Notes: generated by a model from the sequence alone, not told the origin. A DNA stretch of 54,982 bases from Prorocentrum cordatum (GCA_963575745.1 CAUYUJ010000195.1:62001-116982); one strand, 5' to 3'. Shown: positions 30,991 to 43,885, counted from the stretch's first letter. A program made the numbers and translations.

Positions 30991-31274
30991 GGAGGAGGAG
31001 GAGGAGGAGGGGGAGGAGGAGGAGGAGGAGGAGGAGGAGGAGGAGGAGGAGGAGGAGGGGGGAGGAGGGGGGAGGAGAGGGGGGGACAACACGAGATGCC
31101 GCTGCTCCCTGGACCTCTCCAGGGACGGGGTCTGACCAGCACCTCGAAGCGGATCCGACCCTGGCGACCAGGGAGGGGCGGCGGCGTCGGCACACTCGCT
31201 GCTGGGGAGGAGGGAGGAGCCAAGGCGAAAGTAGACAATCTCAAAGCAACGCAGCAGACGTCAGAGCACTCGTT

Positions 31275-31436
31275 TGAAGGGGAACTGGGACACACAAATA
31301 AATACACACAAATAAACATATCCCCAATATTTTCCTATATTTTCTGGGTTTCTGTCTTCCCCCCCACTTCCCATATTTTCCCATATTTTCTGGGAATCGC
31401 CGATTAATTGTGTCTGTGTGTTTTTTCCCCTCCTGA
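31275..31436 (+). mobile_element. family A copy within a 48-bp direct duplication
   Basis: 31227-31274 equals 31435-31482 (1 mismatch). Confidence 0.85.
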
Positions 31437-31820
31437 AAGTAGACAATCTCAAGGCAACGCAGCAGACGTCAGAGCACTCGTTGCTGTGTCGGCGCACCTG
31501 ATTATCGGAGCGAGTCCCCGTGCGCGGGTAAAACAACGAGTGCTCTGACTTCTGCTGCGCTGCCTTGAGATTGTCTGCTTTCATCTTGGAGGGAGTACGG
31601 TGAGAGCATTTGATAAGGAACCATTGGATAAGGAAGCCAGGGTCTGGAAGAATCGTGGATTGGCTATGGATGTCACCGCCGCCCTCATCCGATAAGGAAT
31701 CCTCCAGGGTCTGACGCCTCCTGGGTAGATTCCTTAGCCAACGCCCCCACCGTAACAGGAAGTAGTGGGGAGGAAGGCTGGCGCTCGCGCGCGATTCACT
31801 TCGGACTTCTGGCGGCGAGC

Positions 31821-31895
31821 CTCGCCAGTGGCGCCGGCCGCGTCAAGCACCGCGGCAGCCAGCAGCGCTTCGAGCACGGCCGCGGCGACCGGCTC
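31821..31895 (-). CDS. candidate internal exon (EPVAAAVLEALLAAAVLDAAGATGE)
   Basis: Pyrimidine tract + CAG|G acceptor, GAG|GC donor, 75 nt in phase. Confidence 0.35.
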
Positions 31896-32195
31896 CTGAG
31901 AGGGCGAGGGGAAGGGGGAGGAAGAGGAGGAGAATAGACGGAAAGGAAGGGAGGGAGGGAGGGAGGGAGAAGAAGCAAGGAAGGGAGGAAGAGAGGAGGA
32001 AGGGAGGAAGGTAGGTGGATGAGGAGGAGGAGCAGGAGGAGCAGGAGGAGGAGGAGGAGGAGGAGGAGGAGGAGGAGGAGGAGGAGGAGGAGTGACCCAG
32101 CCACCAACGAGGGAACGGAGGGTCCAGAGCAGGGGGCGAGGGGAGGCCAGCCCGAGCGGTACGAGGACTCCGCTGCCCCTCGAGGGGGCTACCCC

Positions 32196-32421
32196 CAAAG
32201 GGGCCCTGGGGCACACACACACTCCTCCTCCTCCTCCTCCTCCTCCTCCTACCTCCTCCTCCTCCTCCTCCATAAATAGGCACAAATCCCAGGATCCCCC
32301 ATACTTTTCCAGATGTTCTGGGTTGTCGTCTTCCCCCCACTCCCCCCCCTTCCCATATATCTTCCCCAGTTCTCATGGGAATCGACGGCTCACTGTGTCT
32401 GTGAGAATTTTCCCCTCCTGA
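32196..32421 (+). mobile_element. family A copy interrupted by (CCT)n; another copy at ~32980-33143
   Basis: Homology; flanks ACCCC / ATCCC. Confidence 0.75.
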
Positions 32422-33295
32422 ATCCCGACGCAGGCGGCCCGTGGCACAGACACCCACCGTGTGGCAGCACGCGAGGCGCGCCCACCAGCGAAGCGGGCGA
32501 ATCGCACCGGTGGTACCATCGTGCACCCACGGTTGACACGATGCTATCGCGGCCGGGCGGGGGGCGCAGGATGCTGCAAATGCCCGAGTGTCCGCCCCAC
32601 CGGCAAGGCGGACAAGTCCTGCCCACTCACGGAGGAGGAGGAGGAGGAGGAGGAGGAGGAGGAGGAGGAGGAGGAGGAGGAGGAGGAGGAGGAGGAGGAA
32701 GGAGGAGGGAGGAGGAGGAGGAGGGCTGGAGGAGGAGGGCTGGAGGAGGAGGAGGAGGAGGAGGAGGAGGATGGGAGGAGGAGGAGCAGGAGGAGGGGGA
32801 GGAGCAGGACGAGGAGGAGGAGGAGGAGGAGGCATCCCCCCCTTCCACGACGGATGGACCCGTTCTTTTCGGTGGGGGCAGCTCGAACGCTGTCCGAAAA
32901 GATCAAACCAACGGAGGAGGCCGTCACTGCCCACCCCCTCGGGGCCACTCAGGCCCCGAGGAAGAGCGCTGCCAAGGCCCAAACGGGCCCAGGGACACAC
33001 AAATAAATGGACACAAATCCCAGGATTCCCCATGTTTCCCCGTGTGTTCTGAGCTGTCGCCTCTCCCTCCCCACTTCCCACATCTTCTCTCATTTTCCTG
33101 GGGACCCACGATCCGTTGTGCCTGTGTGCTTTTCCCCTCCTGAAGGGGAAACCAAGAGGCACCGATATCGCTGCTCCCGGGACCTCTCCCGGGGTGCGTT
33201 CTGACCAGCATGTCGAGGCCAATGCAGCGGTGGCGACGAGGGCCTCCCAGGGGGCCCAAAAAGGGGGGAACGAGGGAAGGGTAGAGGTATGGGTA

Positions 33296-33478
33296 CTCCA
33301 GAGTTCGTAATAAAAGGGAGGGGGTCTGGACCCTCCAAGACAAGCCACTTCAGACCCCCCCCCCCCGTGGGAGAACCCTCCAAAACATCGCCCCCAGACC
33401 CCCCCAGGCCCTCCAAGATAGCCTGGAAGAGACCCCCCCCGAAATGAGACCCCCCTCCCTGTATTACGAAATCTGGAA
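33296..33478 (+). mobile_element. MITE family E copy abutting family B fragments
   Basis: Homology to 28503-28688, TA flanks. Confidence 0.85.
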
Positions 33479-34446
33479 TATCTTTTGACTATTCTTGAAC
33501 AGTCCCCCCGGTCGAGGGACAGGCCCGACTCGGATTAAGTCGGGCGTGTCCCCCTACAGGGGGATTCTCGACGAAAAAAACCAAATCCTCAAACAATCCT
33601 CAAACAATCCAAAAACCAAATCCTCCAAAACCAAATCCTCAAACCTTACGAAATCTGGAATCCATTCTCCCCCTCTGACTGAAGGCCGCCCAGGCCGACC
33701 ACCCCGGGAGCTCCGCGGGCGGGCGAGGCCCCCCCGCGCGGCCTCCGGCGGCGCGCCCGCCGCGGACCCCGACGCCGCGGGGCGCGCGCCGGAGAGGCCC
33801 ACCACCGCAGGCGCCGCCGGGCTCGTGGACGGCCCGGGCGAGCCAGCCCCGAGGCCCAGGAGGAGGAGGAGGAGGAGGAGGAGGAGGAGGAGGAGGAGGA
33901 GGAGGGGGGATGGAGGAGGAGGAGGAGGAGGAGGAGGAGGAGGAGGAGGAGGAGGAGGAGGAGGAGGAGGAGGAGGAGGAGGAGGATGGAGGAGGAGGAG
34001 GGGGAGGAGGAGGAGCAGGAGGGGGGAGGAGGAGGAGGAGGAGGAGGAGGAGGAGGAGGAGGAGGAAGAAAGACGAGGAGGAGGAAGACGAGGAGGAGGA
34101 GGAGGAGGAGGAGGAGGAGGAGGAGGAGGAGGAGGGTCCTGAGGCCTTAGCGAGCCAGTCAAGAAGAACAATAGATGGCATAAACATAAACTGTTGGCGC
34201 TCCGCGCGGATTTCTTGGAGCCGCGCTGGGCCGCCCCCTGGCGGCGTCCAACAAAAACCGCGTGGAGCGCCAAATGTTTATGCTTATACCTCTTTCTTCT
34301 CCTGCAGTCCCGAGCCTCGTCGGACCGCTCAGCTGGAGGTCCGAGCAAGGGGCACCCCCACCACCAGCAGCACTTCGCTCTCAGGGCGTGCGCGGGGCGG
34401 CCCGAAGGAGCCGAGTGGACACTCTTCCGCCGGACGTCGGGATAGT

Positions 34447-34609
34447 TCAAGGGGCCCCAGGACACACAAATAAATACAGACAAATAAAAATATCCCCCAT
34501 ATTTTCCCATATTTTCTGGGTTTTTGTCTTCGCCCCCACTTCCCATATTTTCCCATATTTTCTGGGGAATCGACGATTAATTGTGTCTGTGTGTTTTTTC
34601 CCCTCCTGA
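34447..34609 (+). mobile_element. family A copy with perfect 5-bp TSD ATAGT
   Basis: ATAGT at 34442-34446 and 34610-34614. Confidence 0.88.
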
Positions 34610-35109
34610 ATAGTGACAGCCATCGCGGACTGCACGCCGGGAGCGTTGCCCATCGTCGTGGAAGACCCTCACGGTGGGCAGGCGCGCTTCCTGGCGCCCC
34701 CAGGTGGGGTCATGCCCTCACCGCTGACCAGCCCTACAGGTCGGTTGCCCGCAAGCTTTCTCGAGGAGCTGCTCAAAAACCACCCTTCCATGTGCCTCCA
34801 AGAGCGGGGGGTCAACGGCCACGATCTGAACCTGAACCTCCTGAAGGGAAACCTCTCGGTAGTGGCGGGCCCCATTGGGGTGCGAATTGCAGGGTCTGGC
34901 AGTTGCTGGAGGATCTTCGGCCTCGCGATGCTCTTGTGGGTTATGTAGAACTGTGCATGCCGGTGGACAGGTCTGGCAAATCCAATTCAGCGTGTTGTTG
35001 GACGCGCTGGGCATGCAGAAGATGACTATTCCAGTGTGTTGGTAGACACGCGGTGCAAGCCAAGTTCATTGAAGAAGTATGAGCTCTCAGCTCGATTATG
35101 TGGAGGATG

Positions 35110-35545
35110 ACGGTTTTCCTACAGGAGGCTCACGTCCCATCAAGAAGCTGGCATTCGTGCGTCGACTGTGAGCGTGGGAAGGCAGACGATTACGAGCGGA
35201 GGAGGGAAGGTGAGGGCGAAGACGCAGAGGAGAAGGAGGAGACGGGGAAAGCGAAGAGAATTCAGGGAAGTTGTGCATGATGGAAGCGCTGATTCGGGTG
35301 TAGTTTGGGATGCAGTCGAGACTAGAACGGAAGCCGTACATGAAGTAATGGAAAGGTGGGAGGAAAAGGAAGTGAGGGAAGATCTGGACATGAAAGACGG
35401 GATTGGCCGCAAAGCTAGGATTCCGGTTTGGTGGAAGGGCGTGCGAGCTAAAACGCCAGCTGGCGAGTTGAGGGAAGGACGGGAGAAGGCAGAGGCAGAA
35501 GAAGGCACGCCAAAGGATGGAATCCGCCTTCCAGACCAGTCTGCG
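35110..35545 (+). pseudogene. decayed Ty1/Copia-like integrase N-terminal region
   Basis: AHVPSRSWHSCVDCERGKA resembles the H-x-P-F/Y-R-S-W-C-x2-C-x-x-G-R/K Zn-binding motif; a later frame has IRLPDQ resembling I.LxSDQ; multiple disruptions. Confidence 0.4.
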
Positions 35546-36219
35546 AGGTGGAGCTGGAGGATCCGCCGTCGCTGCCCAAAAACGGGCAGAGGAACGGCTG
35601 CTGGACCAGTTGGCTCCATGACTGCAGGTGTTCAGCCGGGAGAGCGAAGGCAAGGATGCCCGAGGCCTGGCTGGCGGAGGAAAGGAGGAGGAGAGCGCCA
35701 GGGATCGAGGAGTGGCGGCGAAGCGCGGGGAGCAGGCAGCGGAGCCGAGTTCAGAAGGGGCCAGGAGAAGATAGAAAGGCGGAGAAGGAGAACGGAGGGG
35801 GTCGGGCTTGCAAAAGGCATTGACGACCGTAGTCTTAGGTCGGGCATGTCCTCCTACAGACGGGTTTGGGAAGAAAAATGAAACAGACTCAGAGATGGTC
35901 AAATATACGGGAACATAGTCAAATCCGCCGACCCTGTCGGCGTGTGTGAGGGGCTTGTCCGTTCGAGTCGTCACCTCCGTCATTCGTTGGTCGTCGTCTG
36001 TAGTCCCCTTTCCCTGCCTCCCCCCTTTCCCTGACTCGTCGAAGCTCCCCCCTTTCCCAGGGACCTCCTCAGCGCCCCAGCCAAAGTGAAGTTGAGCAAC
36101 GTCGTAATTGAGTCGAAGGGAAGCCCCTTCCCTTCGATCCCTCCCTCGCCGGGGGGGGGGGTCGGAGGGAGGGTCCCCGGGGGGGGGGTCAGATACGACG
36201 CCCCCCCTGGGAGTCCCGG

Positions 36220-36812
36220 AGCCCCAAAACGCCCCAAGACGGGCCAAGAGTGCCCCAAGAGGCCCCAAAGACAGTCCACGAGAACCCCGAATCGCCGAAC
36301 GATCTGTCCAAGACGTCTTGACGGCCTCCAGACGGCCCAAGAGGCCTGCAAAGCGCCCCAAGAGGCCTCCGGGAGCTTTCCCACTAGAGTGTTTGACATA
36401 TTTGGGCGTTCTTGCCTCTTCCCGACGCGCCAAGACGGCCCAAGAGGCCCCCAAGATCGACCCGAGACGGCCCAAGAAGCCCCCAAGAGGGTCCCCTAAC
36501 GGCCGAAGAGGGCCCCAAGACGGCCCAAGACGCCTCCAAGACGGCCCAAGAGGTCCCCAAGATGGCTCCAGGAGAGTGCCCAGACGGGGGGCCCGAACGG
36601 ACATTTCGAGCTCTTAGCCCCAAGAGGCCCTCAAGAGGCCCCGAAGAAGTCCTAAGAGGCCCCAAGAAGCTCCCAAGGGGCCCCCCAACTGCCCCAAGAT
36701 AGCCCAGGAGAGCCCCAAATTGCCCCTGAGGCCTCCAAGAGGGCCTCGAGACGGCGCAAGAGAAGCCCTGGACGGCCCAAGACGGCTTCAAGAGAGCCCC
36801 AGGCTGTCCCAA
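36220..36812 (+). repeat. degenerate 21-bp (10+11) CCAAGA-phased repeat; also 45355-45820 (+), 52010-52215 (+), 47260-47820 (-), 9555-9710 (-)
   Basis: CCAAGACGGC/CCAAGAGGCCC units; 7-aa periodicity in the ORF track. Confidence 0.85.
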
Positions 36813-37441
36813 GAAAGCATCTGGCCTCTTCCTCCTCTTCCTCCTCTTCCTCCTCTTCCTCCTCTTCCTCCTCTTCCTCCTCTTCCTCCTCCTCCTCCTC
36901 CTCGTCCTCCTCCTCCTGCACCCCAGGGGAAAGCAGAGGCGACGGCGCAGGGCTGACGGCACCCACGCCGCCCGCCCCCCCGTGCTGGAGGCAGAGGACG
37001 AGCACGTGAGGGAGGAAAGCAAAGGAGGAGCGAAGGTACAGGCCTCGGAAAAAAATAGCGAACACTCATGCCACATTCGCCTGTGAACGCCTTCCCCCCC
37101 CCCCCAATGTTCAAAGTTGGCGGTGGGTCTGATGAGTTGCACCTCGACCGCAGTCTCCCCCGCGCGTGCCAACTTTGAGTTTGGGGGGCAGGGGGGTGTT
37201 CACTAATTGTGTCCCTCTACCGCAGGAAAAGGTGGGAGAAGGCAGGAGAAGGTAGGAGGAGGAGAGGAAGAAGGACGGGAAGCAGGGGCAGCGAGACGGG
37301 AGGAGGTGGCCGCGAGGAGCTGGGCAGCTGCGCCCCGCAGACCCGGGCGCAGCGGCCTGGTGCGCGGGAGGGAGGGGGGCACATGATAACTCGAGTAGGG
37401 GATCGACTACGGAATTGAGTTACACCCCAAACTTAATTTTA

Positions 37442-37597
37442 GGTCGGACCTGTCCCTCTACAGGGGGATTTTCAACGAAAAATTAAAAATACCCCAAACA
37501 TACCCCAAAATGGTCCACACATATTTAAAACATCGTCCCCATATTATGTTTTTTGACTATTTTTGAATAGTCCCCCTCTAGAGGGACAGGCCCGACT
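37442..37597 (+). mobile_element. MITE family B copy
   Basis: TIRs with TA flanks. Confidence 0.85.
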
Positions 37598-38309
37598 TAA
37601 AGTTACGCCCCAAAATTCATTTTCCCCATCGAATCTACAAGCAAAGACGTCGAAGTGTCGTCGTTTCCTCGTGGACTCGACGAAGAGCTCGATTTAGGGG
37701 TAAAGCAACTCTGCAGCTGATCCCCTGGTCTAAGAATGGAAGACAGAGGCGCGAGGCCGGCCCAATCTGCGGCTCTGGCCAGGGGACCGGCCGCCAGAGC
37801 CAGCCCTCGCGGCGCCGCAGGTGGCAAGACTCCCGGAGCAGGGGCAGAGGGCGTGGAGGTCACGCGGGCCAAGCTCGCGTGAGATCCTCCTCCTCCTCCT
37901 CCCCCTCCTCCTCCTCTTCCTCCTCCTCCTCCTCCTCCTCCTCCTCCTCCTCCTCCCCCTCCTCCTCCTCCTCCTCCTCCTCCTCCTCCTCCCCCTCCTC
38001 CGTGCAGGTTGACTCAGCGAAGATGCCTGCGCTGAGATGCTTACGGCATGACGTCAAAGATAGCCGTCGTCCTTGGCTGGCCACAGGGGCAGGAGGAGGA
38101 GGCGCAGAAGGGAGAGGAGGAGAGGTGGCTCAGGGTCCTGTGGCTCGGCGGGCAACAAGAAATCGGCCAGGCTCCGAGTGCCCTCACTGGTGAGCGAAGC
38201 TGGTCTCCCGGAGCTCGGACAGCCCACCCAGGCAGCACGAGGTGAGCTAGGAGAAAAATCGCCTGTCCAGGAGGTCGAGGTCGAGGCGGTCGGAGTCCTG
38301 ACGGCAAGG

Positions 38310-38790
38310 GAGTTCGATGGAAGATAAGGCATGGAAGGCAACAGTGAAGAGGCCAGCGAGCATCTTCCTCACAGACGCGGAGAACTTGAACACTCTGTAC
38401 ACGTGCCGGTGGAACGCGCAGAACAAGTCTGGGAACCAGGAGACTGTGAGCATTGTGGACCATGCCAAGTGACCGAAGGAATCCGTTCCAGCGGTGCTGG
38501 CCACCTCGGGCCGGCGAAGCATCCTCGCGGAGCGGCTCGGCAAGTCAAGTGCCTGGCCCACGGTCGAATGGTGCTACCAGCAGGAGGAAGATGAAGCCAA
38601 GGAGTACCTTCAAAGGGCGCTCCGAGGAGACAGGGGAGAAGGACTCGCCTTCCGCATGGGAGGGCGCTCGCAACTTGGAGTGCGTCTACCACACGAAGAG
38701 CAGCCAAGCGGAAAGCCGAGGTTGTGGTATCTGGAGCGCCCAAGCAGTGGGGTGCTTCGGAAATCACCCGATTCCTCAAAGATCCAGTAG
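38310..38790 (+). pseudogene. decayed intronless ORF, possibly retroelement ORF1-like
   Basis: A long protein-like frame (MEDKAWK...DHAK*PKE...EYLQRAL..GLAFRMGGRSQLGVR) with an internal stop and a frameshift to GAPKQWGASEITRFL; family assignment is from recollection only. Confidence 0.3.
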
Positions 38791-39253
38791 ATGGACAACA
38801 GATTCGAACCCTTACACATTCGAGGGAGATTCTTTTTTTTCAAACCGCAAACGCCCACCAACTACCACAGCTCCGGTTTCGTATTGAGTCCGCATCCCCT
38901 CCAGGGGGCTTTGACGGCACCCATCGCAAAGCTCAGAAGCGCGACGACACGCAACGAAAATGTCACGAAATTCGGCCCGCAAATGAAAGCGAGCGCAGAG
39001 AGGAGGAGGAGGAGGAGGAGGAGGAGGAGGAGGAGGAGGAGGAGGAGGAGGAGGAGGAGGACCAGCAGAAGAGGAGGAGGGAGATTCTAAATAACCCCTG
39101 CGCCCCCGACATTAATGTTGATCTCAGTAAAGGCGGTGCTTCGGGGTTCGAATATGTCTGCCCACTCACGCTCCCCCCGTCGCCACGCCATCCATACCAA
39201 TTTCGGGGGGTCTGGGGTCTGGGGGCATCTTGGGCCACAGGGTTCGAATATTA

Positions 39254-39430
39254 CAGTCGGGGCGTTGACCTAAGGAACCCCAAAATAAGGAACGAGGCCC
39301 CTTTTTTCCATAAGTTGAACTCCGATTTCCGATCGAAAACATGAGGAAAACCTGAGGCAAGCTGCGAAACACTTAAGGAACACCGAGCCCCTCCCCAACG
39401 AAAAGCGTTCCTTCTTCAAGGCCCCGACTG
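39254..39430 (+). mobile_element. MITE family C copy
   Basis: TA-CAGTCGGGGC...GCCCCGACTG-TA. Confidence 0.9.
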
Positions 39431-40161
39431 TATGTCCATGTGCGGTCAAGGCTGGGAGGAGGCAGCAGTAGAAGGGTGCCCAGCAGGAGGGAGAGGGTGG
39501 GTGGGCTCCACCGTGCCCCCAGAAGGAGCGGCGACGGGCATCGGGCACCTGCACGCTGGAGGCTGCAGGGGCTAAGGTCATCACGCTGTCGCGCCTCGAG
39601 GAGATCCACCAGGCGCCCACGACCCAGTTCATCAAGTTCGCAAGAGGAGGTATCACCAGCGACTTGCTGAGGAAGCCAGCAGCGAGCGGGGCCCAAGAGA
39701 AGAAGAAGGAGGCAAAGCAGCAAGAGGAGAATGAGGAGGAGGAGGAGGAGGAGGAGGAGGAGGAGGAGGAGGAAGACCCAGAGCCCAGACCCCTCCAGTT
39801 TCTCGAGCTGCGTCTGGCCGTGGCGACGAGGTCCCCCCCCGAAGGCCAGAAAAGGAGGGGAAGGACGAGGAGAGCACCGATGACGACAGGGAGAACGAGA
39901 CCCGAGGGTGCCGAGCCAGGAGCCAGGCGAGGCGTCCTCGAGTCGAAGCACCGCGCCGCGCCGAGCTTCCAGATGCGCCCAGTGACCCTCGGAGGCCCTT
40001 AACGGGTGGAAGCGTCCAAAAGCACGAATCATCGACCCTCGAACCTCGAAAACCTGAACCCCCGAAGCCGGGAAACCTCGTCTCTCGAACATCGAAAACC
40101 TCGCCTCTCGAAGCACACCCATATGCCCTCGGTCCTCAGATACGTCGAGCCTAAGAACTTT

Positions 40162-40400
40162 GTGGGCCCCGGAAACGGCAGGGCCGTTTTTTTCACCGTT
40201 TCCAGAAAAGCGTCCCTTGAAAATTGAAACGGCAACAAAAGGCGACCGGAAACGGCGAAACAACGGCTCCAGGACTGGAACCGGGGCCGGATCCGGTCAA
40301 AAAACGGCGACGGAACCGGTGAAAAAACGGCGTCGGAACTGGCCAAAAAACGGCAGGACGGAACCGGTAAAAAAACGGCCCTGTCGTTTCCAGGGCCCAC
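40162..40400. mobile_element. MITE with ~40-bp TIR (GTGGGCCC.GGAAACG.CAGGGCCGTTTTTT)
   Basis: Inverted termini and internal AAACGGC repeats. Confidence 0.75.
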
Positions 40401-40615
40401 TAAGGTCGAGCCTAAGAACATATACAGCTGACATCCTCAATCCTCGAGCCCCCGAGGGCGCCGAGCCCCGGCAATCGCGCACGGGGCCCGCGGCGCAGTG
40501 CGGGGGCACCGCGCGCCGAGTTCTCTCCAGGGTCCTCGGCGCCCGTGGGCGCCGAAACCTGCAGGAGACCTCCAGCGCCGCTCCGAGTCACCGAGGACGC
40601 CCGAGGTCCGCGATA

Positions 40616-40790
40616 CAGTCGGGGCTTTGACCTAAGGAACCCTAAATAAGGAACGAGGCCCCTTTCATCCACAAGTTGAACTTCGATTTCCCATCGAAAA
40701 CCAACGGAAACCCAAGGCAAACTGTGAAACAATCAAGGAACACGGAGCCCCTCCCCCACGAAAAGGGTTCCTTCTTCAGGGCCCCGACTG
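40616..40790 (+). mobile_element. MITE family C copy
   Basis: TA-flanked TIRs. Confidence 0.9.
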
Positions 40791-41499
40791 TAAGGGGGGA
40801 GGCCCAACGGCTCGCGCGAGGCGCCCCTGCCGCTTCTCTGGCTCGCCGAAGTCGGGGCCGACCTGGGGGAGGGAGGGAGGTGCCCAGAAGGAGGCCCGGA
40901 CCCTGGAGCCCGAAGTGTGGCAACAGCGGCTTGCTCGGGACTGCGGCACCATCGTGACACTGCGGGCACCATCGTGACACCGTCGGGACTGGCGCTTCAC
41001 CCTCCGCAGCGGACAGGAAAGGCGCCCCGCACTGCGGGGGCTGATGGGCTGGCGGCACGCGCGGCGCGGCAGGCCTGGCGCTGTCGCTGCGAATGGAAGA
41101 GGCACACGTGAAATCCAATGAGACGGTACCAGGCACGATGGGCCGAAGGCCATGGGGCTCCCGCCCTCGCATCGGAGCCGCCGCTGCCGCTGGCCCCTTG
41201 CCCCTCCCGCCGCCTCCTGAGCCCAAGGTGCTCCCTCCTCTGGCGGGGCGAAGCCGTGTCGCCGCGCGGTTCGTCTTCGGCGCGCCCGAGAGGGCGACGC
41301 CGACACCACGGCAAACCCACGGCAAACCCTGCGCCCCACGCCCAAGGAGACGACGCCGGCACCACGGCAAAGCCACGGGAAGCCCACCGCGCCCGCGGGG
41401 CGGCGTTCGCCCCGGTGGCCGCGGCGCCCTCCCCGAGGCGAGGACGCCGCGCGTCGGAACGAAGGACGCGGCGGCACGTGCCGGTGTCGCTGCTCCCCA

Positions 41500-41676
41500 C
41501 CCTGACTCCTGATCCGCCCTACTTTGGGCGATTTCGAAAGTAGGGCGGAAATTTCCGCCCTACTTTTGAGGCCCCTTTGAGCGTCGACTTCCGCCCTTGA
41601 GGCTCCTTTGGCGTCGATTTCCGACACAATTTTAGGTCGGAAAATCATCCAAAGTACGGCGGATCAGGAGCCAGGG
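41500..41676 (+). mobile_element. MITE family G-related short copy
   Basis: Same TIR; CA..CA flanks. Confidence 0.75.
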
Positions 41677-42621
41677 CAGACCTCCCCTGGGGAGCGTTCT
41701 GACCAGGCTGCGGTGAGGGCAGTGGATGAGGAAGCATCGGATAAGGAATCCAGGGTCTGGAGGCCAGCGGAGCTCCACTCGAGGCCTGGCCATGGGCGTC
41801 GCCGCCGCCCTACAAGCAGACAAGGGATCCTCCGGGCCCTGATCTTCCTGGGCGCACTCCGTAACCAGAGCCCCCGCCGTGTCGAAGCGAGTCCCGCCGT
41901 GGCGGCGAGGGACGGGCCACGGTATATCGGTGTGCCTTCGGGGCCCCAGGACAGGTGTGGTGAGGGACCGCGTGGTGACCTCGGACCCCCCAGCGACCTG
42001 ACCGCGCGGTCCGCCCCCGCACAGCGTGGGGGCCCGAGGCCCCAATCGCCCGAGACGTCCTCGGAGACCACCCGAATCCCTAAACCGACCCCGAATCCCC
42101 ACTGACTCACCACGCGGCGTCGTCACCGCACCGTTTGGGGGCCCCCGAGCCTTGTCCTCCTCTGACTCTCAGGGCGGGCGGAGCTGGCCGCAAGTAGACA
42201 AGCGCGTTCCACTACTCGCAAAGCAACTACTCGCAAATGGCCTCGATCTGCCGCGGGAGATCTACGACATATTACAGTGGAGGCCAATCCACAAGAAACC
42301 TGCAACAAGAAACCCAACCCTCAGACCCCAGGACGTCCATCGATTTCTGGCGCGGGAACGTCACGCTTCTCATCGCAAAGCCATCGAAACCCGACAAACC
42401 CAGGGCACCCTGGAGGCAAGCAGGGTGTTTCTTGGCACGGGCCCCCAATGCACATCCAGGTGCACGACTACTTTCGAACATTTGCGAGTAGGCATTTTGT
42501 GCGACTAGCGGAGCGCGCTCTGTGCGCAAGGCCCCTCTCAGTGTCACGCGGTGGCCTGTGCCTGGGGGCCTCCGCGGAGCCGACGCAGCGCGGGGGCCCC
42601 GCGCGGAGTCGTCGGGGGGTC

Positions 42622-42681
42622 CTCGGCGCCCACGTCGCTCAGCACGGGCTCCAGCGCGGCCCGCAGCCGCTCCTCCAGCGC
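42622..42681 (-). CDS. candidate internal exon (ALEERLRAALEPVLSDVGAE)
   Basis: CAG|G acceptor, GAG|GA donor, 60 nt, all codons ending in G/C. Confidence 0.45.
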
Positions 42682-42817
42682 CTGGGGCGTGGTCGTCGTC
42701 GCCTTCGTCGTCACCGCCGCCGTCGGTCGGCGTGTTGGCCGGTCGGTCGGCACGTCGGCGTGTCGGCCGGGGGCGCTGCCATCGGGGCCGTCGTCGTCGG
42801 GGCTGTCGTCGTCGGGG

Positions 42818-42888
<71 letters not shown>

Positions 42889-43029
42889 GTCGACTTCAGG
42901 GAGGAGGAGCGGCGGCAGCTGGGGAGGAGGACTGGGGCCGCCCGATCCGCGCCCATGCTGCGCGCAGCGGTCGCGTTCTGACAAGCGGCCGACGGCGCGC
43001 GACGCGCAGCCGCCGGCGCCCGGCAAATA

Positions 43030-43223
43030 GGGGAACAAAAAGTGGCATGAACATAAAGACTCGGAGGTCCGCGCGGATTTCTCGGATCGGTGCTGGACCC
43101 CCTCCCTGGCGCGCTCCGCGCGCCAGGGGCGGCGCCGGAGGCGCCGCTGGGGGGCCCCAGCGCCGATCCAAGAAATCCGCGCGGACCTCCGAGTTTTTAT
43201 GTTTATGCCACTTTTTGCTCCCC
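43030..43223. mobile_element. foldback MITE family F (~70-bp TIR, TA TSD); relatives at ~12215-12405 and ~34160-34300
   Basis: GGGGAACAAAAAGTGGCAT...ATGCCACTTTTTGCTCCCC with TA flanks. Confidence 0.85.
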
Positions 43224-43509
43224 TAGCAAAACCCTGGTCAGTCTGGGATCTGGAGGCCGTCGGGAGCTGCTGAGAGAAATTCGGGCGCAGGGTGGAGCTA
43301 GTTGGCAGACCCGACCAATGTGTCAACTTGAGGGCGGTTTGTCGGATATCTCGAGAAATTCTGAAATTCGTCTCCAGAGCGAGTACTTTTCTCACGTGTA
43401 GTGCGTTATGCCGCGTCTGACAGTCCAATTCTCAGGTTCGTAGCTTCAATGTTAGTATCAAAAGACTTGCTGGAACTGGGGCGCTGCGCGCGCGCACTCG
43501 GCAGAGCTG

Positions 43510-43885
43510 CCCTGACCCGAGCTACCCCTGATGATTCGGGGCTCTGGACGCCCGAACTATCCAGGGTAAGTCGGGTCCGGGGTAAATCGGGTTCGGATTC
43601 CCGAAAAACGAACCCGAGTTATCCCTGACCCGAGTTACCCCTGATGATTCGGGGCTCTGGACGCCCGAACTATCCGGGGTAAGTCGGGTCCGGGGTAAGC
43701 CGGGTTCGGATTCCCGAAAAACGAACCCGAGCTATCCCTGACCCGAGTTACCCCTGATGATTCGGGGCTCTGGACGCCCGAACTATCCGGGGTAAGTCGG
43801 GTCCGGGGTAAGTCGGGTTCGGATTCCCGAAAAACGAACCCGAGCTAATCCTGACCCGAGTTACCCCTGATGATTCGGGGCTCTG
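43510..43885 (+). repeat. 113-bp minisatellite, 3.3 copies
   Basis: Units start at 43510, 43623, 43736 and ~43849. Confidence 0.92.

Noticed and set aside
33131..33152. TTTCCCCTCC-TGA-AGGGGAAA as a YR att site, making family A a YR-mobilised element
   Set aside because: Several copies show 5-bp TSDs outside the TGA ends, which points to a DDE integrase; the palindrome occurs in only one copy.
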